Below are positions 28,768 through 34,841 of a stretch of 34,841 nt of DNA, piece by piece. A model generated the notes under the pieces. The model had not been told where the DNA came from, ran no database searches, and worked only from the letters and a program-made list of their open reading frames with translations. Position 1 is the first letter of the stretch. Every line of letters begins with the position of its first letter. The stretch covers positions 1-34,841 of the forward strand of contig CAZWDO010000031.1 in assembly GCA_964632485.1 (NCBI GenBank). The letters run 5' to 3'. Both the position numbers and the translations under genes were made by a program. The DNA is from an uncultured bacterium (GTDB taxonomy: Bacteria; JAGOEH01).

Positions 28768-29172
28768 TCAATTAATATATTTTTCACTACGTGCTGATTC
28801 GCGAAGAATTATATAAGCCCAGCCAAAAAAAATTAAGAAAATAAGATCGAACACGGCGAAAGGTTTCCACATATCCGGGATTCCCGTCGTGAACCAATAG
28901 AAAAATACAATACCGCAGTACGAAGCTTTGAACAACATACCAAAAGGGATCAGATTTCGATTGGTTGATGGGTTGATTGCAATGGTCAGAAACATAAGGG
29001 TAAAAACGATCAGAAGGGCGGCGGGGAATTGGACATACCCGAAATGGTTGGGCGGTGTAACGTTAGTCCATTGAAACACAGAAGGGCCGGCAAACAGAAA
29101 AAGCGCGCCCAACAATCCATCATAGAGAGCAGCGAAGACAAACAGCAATGAAACTTTCGACTTTTTTTTCAT
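28768..29172 (-). CDS. Small four-TM membrane protein, function unknown
   Basis: Four hydrophobic segments; ATGA overlap with the radical SAM stop codon; GGAG RBS. Confidence 0.8.
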   Translation of the reverse strand: MKKKSKVSLLFVFAALYDGLLGALFLFAGPSVFQWTNVTPPNHFGYVQFPAALLIVFTLMFLTIAINPSTNRNLIPFGMLFKASYCGIVFFYWFTTGIPDMWKPFAVFDLIFLIFFGWAYIILRESARSEKYIN

Positions 29173-30494
29173 ATCGATACTCCTCTTTGTTTCTGTTTGC
29201 GAAGATTTTCTTTGAAAGTATGCCGCCGCCAGTGAGTGAATTCCTCGCTGTACAATTCGACGGCCAGTTTTTTAAAACCGTCATGGAGTTCTCGCGCCGA
29301 CATTTTCGCGGGAATAAAGTTGATATCAAACAGAGTGCATTTCTTCCAGTTCTGAGGTTCCAGTAATCGGCGCTCCCCTTCCAGCCGCGAATATAATGGA
29401 GTACCGGGGAAAGGAGTCATGAGGGTAATCTGAACCTCGTACAACTCAGCCTCTCTAATAAATGTAAAGACCTGATCGAAGATATCGGAAGTGTGTCCGT
29501 CGAGACCGATCACAAAACACCCGTTCACAGTGATACCGCGGGATTGGATAGTGCGGATGGCTTCCTTATAATGAGAGAACTTCTTAAATTTCCAATCACT
29601 GCGCAGCTCAAGTCCTTGCAGACCCTCTTCCACCGGGCTCTCCAACCCGATCAACACCTGCGCGCATCCGGTCTCCCGCATGATATCCAGCAGTTCCCCA
29701 TCAGCGGCAACCGAGATATCGCTTTCCGCGAACCACCTAAGGCCCTTTCCTTTAAGTTTTTTTAAAAGCTCCTTCCAGTATGCATGATTCACAAAACTGT
29801 TGTCGTCGGCAAACTCGAGAAAGGGGTGTTTCCAGATTGAGAGGATTCGCTCGATTTCTTCCAGCACTTTGGCAATGGGTTTCTGTTTGTATTTTTGTGT
29901 AAGCATCACCGAGCTGGCGCAGAACTCACAAAGATGCGGGCAGCCGCGGCTGGTTTGAACTGTCAAACGATTGTATTGCGAGATATCGAGGAGTTCAAAT
30001 GCAGGGATGGGCGCATCAGCCAGATCATACTCATCCGCTCCCGACCGATAGAACCGCTGCAATCGGCCATGTTGGGTATCTTCCAGTATCTGCGGCCACA
30101 ACGGTTCGCCTTCTCCGATGGCAACTGCATCGCAGTAGCGGGCTGCTTCCTCGGGAAGAGCCGTAACGTGCGGCCCTCCAATGATCGTCGGAACCCCAAC
30201 CGCTTTAAACCGCTGGGCTAACGCGTAGGCCTCGTCAATCTGCGCGCTATAGGAAGAGATGGCCGCCAGATCAAGCCCTTCCGGCAACGAAACCAGAAGA
30301 TTCACATCAGGCACTTCAAAATACTGCACACAATGGCAACTGGGAGTCATTCCTGCCAATGTGAGCAAACCGAGGCTGGGTAATGATGCAATGGTCTTGC
30401 TTCTTTCTACGAACCCCGGCAGTGTGAGGCCCAGCCGGAGTAGTTCTGTATCGCAAACTCGTATGCCGCTCATGGCAAATAAACCGATATTCAT
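29169..30494 (-). CDS. B12-binding radical SAM protein
   Basis: SLGLLTLA, IIGGPHVT and GEGE in the cobalamin-binding region; TSRGCPHLCEFC (CxxxCxxC); FADDN; TPFPGT. Confidence 0.92.
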   Translation of the reverse strand: MNIGLFAMSGIRVCDTELLRLGLTLPGFVERSKTIASLPSLGLLTLAGMTPSCHCVQYFEVPDVNLLVSLPEGLDLAAISSYSAQIDEAYALAQRFKAVGVPTIIGGPHVTALPEEAARYCDAVAIGEGEPLWPQILEDTQHGRLQRFYRSGADEYDLADAPIPAFELLDISQYNRLTVQTSRGCPHLCEFCASSVMLTQKYKQKPIAKVLEEIERILSIWKHPFLEFADDNSFVNHAYWKELLKKLKGKGLRWFAESDISVAADGELLDIMRETGCAQVLIGLESPVEEGLQGLELRSDWKFKKFSHYKEAIRTIQSRGITVNGCFVIGLDGHTSDIFDQVFTFIREAELYEVQITLMTPFPGTPLYSRLEGERRLLEPQNWKKCTLFDINFIPAKMSARELHDGFKKLAVELYSEEFTHWRRHTFKENLRKQKQRGVSI

Positions 30495-30862
30495 AACAGC
30501 CTCCAGGTAAAGAGGAGAATCCCGGTCGTAACGGAAAGCGCCGGGATAAAAAATAGATTGCGGAACCCGCTTCTCCAGGCGGAGAGATAGCAGACCGCGG
30601 GCATGGCAACGGCTCCCACGATGAAAAGGATGGAAATGAACCGCAAACCGCTAACCATACCCAAGCTTTTAACGGTCAAAGCGAAAGCGAGATTGATGAG
30701 GCCGATCCCGAAAAACGAAATATGCGCCAGCCGGATCATGCGTCTCGGCCATGATGGATAGCCTCCCAGCCAATCCTGGCGATGAAAAAAGAGGCCGGGA
30801 ATCGCGCCTGCCATACAACCCAACAGAAACCCGATCCAGGCCGACTGCAAATTGATCATCAT
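30491..30862 (-). CDS. Small membrane protein, function unknown
   Basis: About four hydrophobic segments, RLAH motif; ATGA overlap with the radical SAM start. Confidence 0.8.
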   Translation of the reverse strand: MMINLQSAWIGFLLGCMAGAIPGLFFHRQDWLGGYPSWPRRMIRLAHISFFGIGLINLAFALTVKSLGMVSGLRFISILFIVGAVAMPAVCYLSAWRSGFRNLFFIPALSVTTGILLFTWRLL

Positions 30863-30943
30863 GGATGCCGCCTTTGTATCAGATTAATTTTATGCTAAAA
30901 GAACAACTTCATGTGATGCAAAAAATGTATTTCTTTCATTAAT

Positions 30944-30972
30944 ATGTTATGAAAACAACTGTCTTTTGTCAA
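30944..30972 (-). promoter_or_regulatory. Putative sigma70 promoter of the radical SAM operon
   Basis: Minus strand TTGACA-N17-TAACAT; imperfect palindrome TTCAT-N9-ATGAA overlaps the -10 element. Confidence 0.5.
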
Positions 30973-31039
30973 GTTATTAATTTTTTCAAATTTCACGAGT
31001 CGAATATCAAATTCACTCAATCTAAATCGCAATTTTTCC

Positions 31040-31192
31040 TCAATGCAGCAGCAAAATTTTTCTGACCTGGCTCGATTCATTCGCGCTGGCCCTGCTCAAA
31101 TACACCCCGGAACCCAGGCGCCGGCCCCGCTGATCCGTTCCGTCCCAGACAAGGGAATGGAAGCCCGCGCGAATTTCATTGTCCAACAGCGT
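31040..31192 (-). pseudogene. Orphan 3' remnant encoding a FlgD-Ig/T9SS-like C-terminal domain
   Basis: Manual translation TLLDNEIRAGFHSLVWDGTDQRGRRLGSGVYLSRASANESSQVRKILLLH*; in-frame stop at 31214-31216 and no ATG. Confidence 0.75.
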
Positions 31193-31270
31193 TGAAGATA
31201 GCTGTGGTGACGTTTATATTCAGCCAGTTATCCAATATCCAAATTTTCAGAATCCATGGGTAGTCACTTT

Positions 31271-31382
31271 CGTCATTTCGGGCTCCAGTTTGGAATCCAC
31301 GGGTAATCACACAGCATCATCCCGCACCTGATGCGGCTCCATGGGCAACAAGAAACTGGATTTCCGCCTGCGAGGCATTGAC
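31271..31382. repeat. Three degenerate CGTC-type REP-like palindromes
   Basis: CGTCATTTCGG...GGAATCCA, CATCATCCCGCA-CCTGA-TGCGGCTCCA and inverted CTGGATTTCCGCCTGCGAGGCATTGAC share the GTCAT...TCCA frame of the repeats at 34629 onward. Confidence 0.55.
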
Positions 31383-31636
31383 ATAGGGGGCAGAGAAGTT
31401 CTGTTCCCTGTAGCCGCAACCTTTTCCCGTGCATTTTTTTTCCAAAAGAAAGGCTAATGACTTCCGCTAAAAAGAGTAAAGCAATCCGAAGACAGTTCCT
31501 CTGGCCATTCAGAATCTCCTGTGAGTACCCTTGCATCCAGATGCGGCGTCCGAACAGGACATTCTGAATACCAAACGGCGAATGCCGACAGCGGCAGTCG
31601 CAGGATGCCGTACGCGAACCCGGAATGGCATCCGCT

Positions 31637-34576
31637 TTATTTCATCAGCAGCATCTTGCAGGAGCGGGAGAAAACGCGCCCGTCGATGAAGGTCGCCCGC
31701 AGGCGGCAGAAATAGACCCCGCCCGCGTGATGGCCCGCCTCCCACTCCAAGGCATGGCGGCCCGCCGTGTAGCGGCCAACCGCCAGAATCGCCACCCGGC
31801 GTCCCAGCAGATCATGCACGCTCGCTTCGACCTGCGCCGCCTCGCTCAGGCTGAACACGATCTCCGTGCGCAGATTGAACGGGTTGGGATGGTTCGCCTC
31901 CAGCGTCAGCCGGAACTTCAGAACGGCAACTGTCGACTCGTCCAGTCCCGTCGCCTCCGCGCTCCACAGCGTATCCCCCACATTGCCCGCCAGATCGAGG
32001 GCGGCCACGCCCCAGCGTCGCGTCTCGCCGTTGGCCACGTTGTCATCCCAAAACGACGTCTGCTCATAGCCGTCCAAAAGCAACTCTACGCTGTCGCCGA
32101 GCTGCCGCACCAGGCGATAGCCCGCCCAGTCGGCCGCGGCGCAGGTGCTCCACGCCACGCGCACGCCCGCATCCTCCAGCGCCAGCGAGACGCTGTCTGC
32201 CATTGGCGGGGCGACCGTGTCCCGATCGCCTTCGTCCCGCGTGTGCGCGTGAAGCATCGCCGTCAGTTCCCCGCCGTCGATGCCCACAGCGCAGATCGAC
32301 ACCTCGTACTCCGTGCCCGGACACAGGGGGCGCAGGATCAGCCGATGGCGTTTCCCCAGGGTCTCCCCGCCTACGGTGACCGGGTCCTCGTCGCTGCCTG
32401 CGGGACGGTAATCCGCCCACGCCCGCGTCGGGATCGCGCTCTCCCACGTCATAATCACCAGCGAATCCGCCGTGTAGCTCGTGTCGGGATGCGACACCCA
32501 TGCGAGGGAATCGGAACTCCCGGCGGTCGTATCCAGGGTATCCACCCCGCCACTCCATACCTCGTTGTCGTCCGGATCGCAGCTTCGAGCCCGGTAGAAG
32601 TAGCGGCGTCCCGATTGCAGGTTGTTTAGTACGATCAGATGTTCCTCTTCGAAGGCGGGATCGGCATAGAGAAACGGCGCAGGCAATGACGTATAGTTGT
32701 CCAGGCTCACCCGCGAATCGCACGGCAGGTCAGTGCTCCACCACACCAGGGCATAGCCCTCCCCGCTAAAGCTTCGCGGCGCTTCGGTCACCGTCGCCGC
32801 CACCGGCGCGTGATCGCGGCGCGTGGTGAATTCCACCGCGCGTTCGTATTCCGTTTCATTGCCCGCCAGGTCCGATATGCGCACTGTCACCCGATACGCC
32901 GTTCCCGGCTGCAGGCGCGTCAGCCACGCCGAGGCGCGATAGGCGTAGCTCTCGCTTTCCGAGAGAAACACCAGCGAGCCGTCGGCGGCGCGGCCTTCGA
33001 TGCGGGCGCGCGTCGGCTCGCCGCTCTCCCAGCGCAGCAGCGCCGTGGAATCATACACCAGGGCCACCCGCGGCGGACGCGTGAACAGCGGCGGTTGCGC
33101 ATCGGCCTGGGTATTGGTGGTGAAGCTGTTGTTCGAGCCGGCCGGGGATTTCAGCAGGCCCGCGCGCGCCAGCAGCGACGGTTCCCCGCCCCACTCGGCC
33201 GCGTTGCCCGAGGGGTCTTCCAACAGCAGACGGAAATCGTAGCTCGTTCCCGCCCGCAGAGGGGAGAGGATGAAGGCATGGGCGCGCTGAAAATCCTCGT
33301 TGACAAGGGTATCGCGCTCCGCCGAGCCGCTTTCTCCGTAGATCAGCGTCGCCCGGCACGCCTCGTCCGTCTCTAAGGCGATATAGGCCCGGGTGTCCGT
33401 CAGCTCCGCGTTCGGACCCTTGACGATCAGCGGCGGCTGCTCATCCGCGGCCTCGCGCGCGCGGAACGGATACGCGGCGGGCATCTCGGCCAATGTTGCC
33501 GAAAGTTCGGCAACCAGTCCCAGGCGCGCGAAGTAGGATTCCCCGGCAAGCAGGTCGTCGAAGGCGAAGGCATGGTCCAGCGCGGCCACGCTGTCGATCA
33601 GGATTGTCAGCGGTTGGGAACTGTCGGCCGCGGTGTAGAGGGCCGCGCCCGCGCGCAGGGCGACGTCGGTCGCGAAGGTGATCGTGGCCGCCTTAGAGCC
33701 GATATAGCTGAAGGCGGGTTTGCCCCTCAGCGGAAAAACCTTGGGGATGCGCGGCGCCACGGTCTCGAAGGCGAAGTCGTATGCGCTGTCCATGCAGGTC
33801 GTATCGTCGAGACAGAGGATCAGCCGACCTTCGTATGGCGTTTGAGGCATCAACCCGGAGAGGGTCTGCTCCGCGCGGAAGCGGGGTTTGCCCGCGACGC
33901 GCAGGGACTGCCACTCCCCGCCGGAGAGGGGCCGCCATTGGAGCGAGCAGACGGCCGGGAGTTCCGCGCGCCAGCCGAGGGTGACGGCGCTGTCTGAGGA
34001 CGAACGTGTCAACACCGGCTGGGTCAGCGCGATGTCCAACGCCTCTGTCTCGAACCGGCGCGCTTCCGACCATGTTCCGTCGGTGGCGAAATTGTCCCCG
34101 CGCGCCCGCCAGTAATACTCCTTGCGATAGCCGAGGCCATGAGCTTGCCAGAGCGTATCGGTCAGGGCCGTATCGCCGGTGATGATCGTTTCGAAGGCGC
34201 TGTCCGCGCCGATTTGGATGCGGTAGCTCGCGCAGGAATCCACCCCATGCCAGCGGAAAACAAAATCCGCGGCCAAATCGAGGGCGCCGTCTGCGGGTTC
34301 GGCCAGCAGCGGCGCGGCGGGCGTCGGACGGTGGTAGGTCGTGCGGGCGAGCGAATCCATGCGTGTGATAATCGTCGCGCCGGAATAGCCGTATATGTAG
34401 AGCGTATCGCCGCGCTGCGCCAGTTTGCGGACACTGTCGATCAAGATACGTCGTTCACTTCCCGCGAGGTAGCGATCCACCTGGTAATAGTTATCAGCGA
34501 GCAAAAATCCCGCCATGACCAGGATCAGGAAGAGAACCTGTTTCGCATAGCGGGTGTACGGCGCATTCAACTTCAT
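31637..34576 (-). CDS. Secreted multi-FN3-repeat protein with C-terminal T9SS/FlgD-like sorting domain
   Basis: GGAGA RBS, signal peptide, repeated FN3-like units (A-x-I-x-W-x-T-D ... L-x-P-G-T-x-Y), C-terminal NHPNPFN...DLLGRRV...GVYFCRL...KMLLMK. Confidence 0.88.
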   Translation of the reverse strand: MKLNAPYTRYAKQVLFLILVMAGFLLADNYYQVDRYLAGSERRILIDSVRKLAQRGDTLYIYGYSGATIITRMDSLARTTYHRPTPAAPLLAEPADGALDLAADFVFRWHGVDSCASYRIQIGADSAFETIITGDTALTDTLWQAHGLGYRKEYYWRARGDNFATDGTWSEARRFETEALDIALTQPVLTRSSSDSAVTLGWRAELPAVCSLQWRPLSGGEWQSLRVAGKPRFRAEQTLSGLMPQTPYEGRLILCLDDTTCMDSAYDFAFETVAPRIPKVFPLRGKPAFSYIGSKAATITFATDVALRAGAALYTAADSSQPLTILIDSVAALDHAFAFDDLLAGESYFARLGLVAELSATLAEMPAAYPFRAREAADEQPPLIVKGPNAELTDTRAYIALETDEACRATLIYGESGSAERDTLVNEDFQRAHAFILSPLRAGTSYDFRLLLEDPSGNAAEWGGEPSLLARAGLLKSPAGSNNSFTTNTQADAQPPLFTRPPRVALVYDSTALLRWESGEPTRARIEGRAADGSLVFLSESESYAYRASAWLTRLQPGTAYRVTVRISDLAGNETEYERAVEFTTRRDHAPVAATVTEAPRSFSGEGYALVWWSTDLPCDSRVSLDNYTSLPAPFLYADPAFEEEHLIVLNNLQSGRRYFYRARSCDPDDNEVWSGGVDTLDTTAGSSDSLAWVSHPDTSYTADSLVIMTWESAIPTRAWADYRPAGSDEDPVTVGGETLGKRHRLILRPLCPGTEYEVSICAVGIDGGELTAMLHAHTRDEGDRDTVAPPMADSVSLALEDAGVRVAWSTCAAADWAGYRLVRQLGDSVELLLDGYEQTSFWDDNVANGETRRWGVAALDLAGNVGDTLWSAEATGLDESTVAVLKFRLTLEANHPNPFNLRTEIVFSLSEAAQVEASVHDLLGRRVAILAVGRYTAGRHALEWEAGHHAGGVYFCRLRATFIDGRVFSRSCKMLLMK

Positions 34577-34628
34577 TTTCAGTCTCCTTGTCGGTTGATA
34601 TAAATTAAAGCATATTCATTGAAAACGG

Positions 34629-34841
34629 GTCATGCCGGGCTTCGACCCGGCATCCATGAATCACCTTCCATCGTCATGCCGGGCTTCGACCCGGCATCCA
34701 TGAATCACCTTCCATCGTCATGCCGGGNNNNNNNNNNNNNNNNNNNNNNNNNNNNNNNNNNNNNNNNNNNNNNNNNNNNNNNNNNNNNNNNNNNNNNNNN
34801 NNNNNNNNNNNNNNNNNNNNNNNNNNNCTCCGACCCGGCAT
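34629..34841. repeat. 44-bp tandem repeat of a CGTC-type REP-like palindrome, interrupted by an assembly gap
   Basis: Unit GTCATGCCGGGCTTCGACCCGGCATCCATGAATCACCTTCCATC starts at 34629, 34673 and 34717; stem ATGCCGGG/CCCGGCAT; a variant partial copy follows the gap. Confidence 0.9.
34728..34827. other. Assembly gap (100 N)
   Basis: Run of N characters. Confidence 1.

Noticed and set aside
29169-30494. Radical SAM enzyme as a tailoring enzyme for the lasso peptides
   Set aside because: It lies about 14 kb away in its own operon and has no apparent RRE or SPASM domain.
31603-31633. Terminator of the FN3 gene (GGATGCC...GGCATCC)
   Set aside because: The loop is long and there is no U-tract on the minus strand, so it is too weak to call.
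31273-31745. Small ORFs between the remnant and the FN3 gene, or an IS element
   Set aside because: No transposase motifs or terminal inverted repeats were seen, and the ORFs cross repeats or overlap the FN3 gene.
31625-34603. Long alternative-frame ORFs (for example 31625-32629 +, 32064-32723 -, 32810-33376 +)
   Set aside because: These are shadow ORFs caused by high GC; they overlap the well-supported 979-aa gene and show no recognisable motifs.
34629-34841. CRISPR array
   Set aside because: The sequence between the palindromes is short and identical in each unit, and no cas genes are present in the window.

Overview
Bacterial window, probably from an anaerobe; the FlgD/T9SS-like C-terminal domains suggest an FCB-group lineage (inference). 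Almost all genes are on the minus strand. (1) 72-8534: an Orange-protein (orp)-like cluster with three NifB/NifX proteins, two MinD/ParA-ferredoxin ATPases, DUF5320, a DUF89 phosphatase, an MBL hydrolase, a methyltransferase and an FmdB zinc ribbon. It is preceded by a clear sigma54 promoter and sits next to a Cys-rich PAS sigma54 activator, with a divergent TetR gene beyond. (2) 9320-15161, the most interesting part: a lasso peptide gene cluster with a B2 peptidase, two tandem precursors, a lasso cyclase, two HPr-kinase-like kinases and a PAPS-dependent sulfotransferase. The precursors have 45-aa leaders and predicted cores FLNGSINDGNTGSQAPN and NGSGGFGDGSFSTTVPQGT, both with Asp8. No RRE (B1) or exporter is visible. 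(3) 15538-28417: TPR adenylate cyclase, Ca/Na antiporter, SpoIID/LytB protein and three soluble signalling genes. (4) 28768-30862: a B12 radical SAM enzyme flanked by two small membrane proteins. (5) 31040-34841: an orphan C-terminal-domain gene remnant, degenerate REP-like palindromes, a GC-rich secreted FN3-repeat protein, and a 44-bp palindromic tandem repeat running into an assembly gap. All family calls come from motif recognition by eye; no database searches were run.
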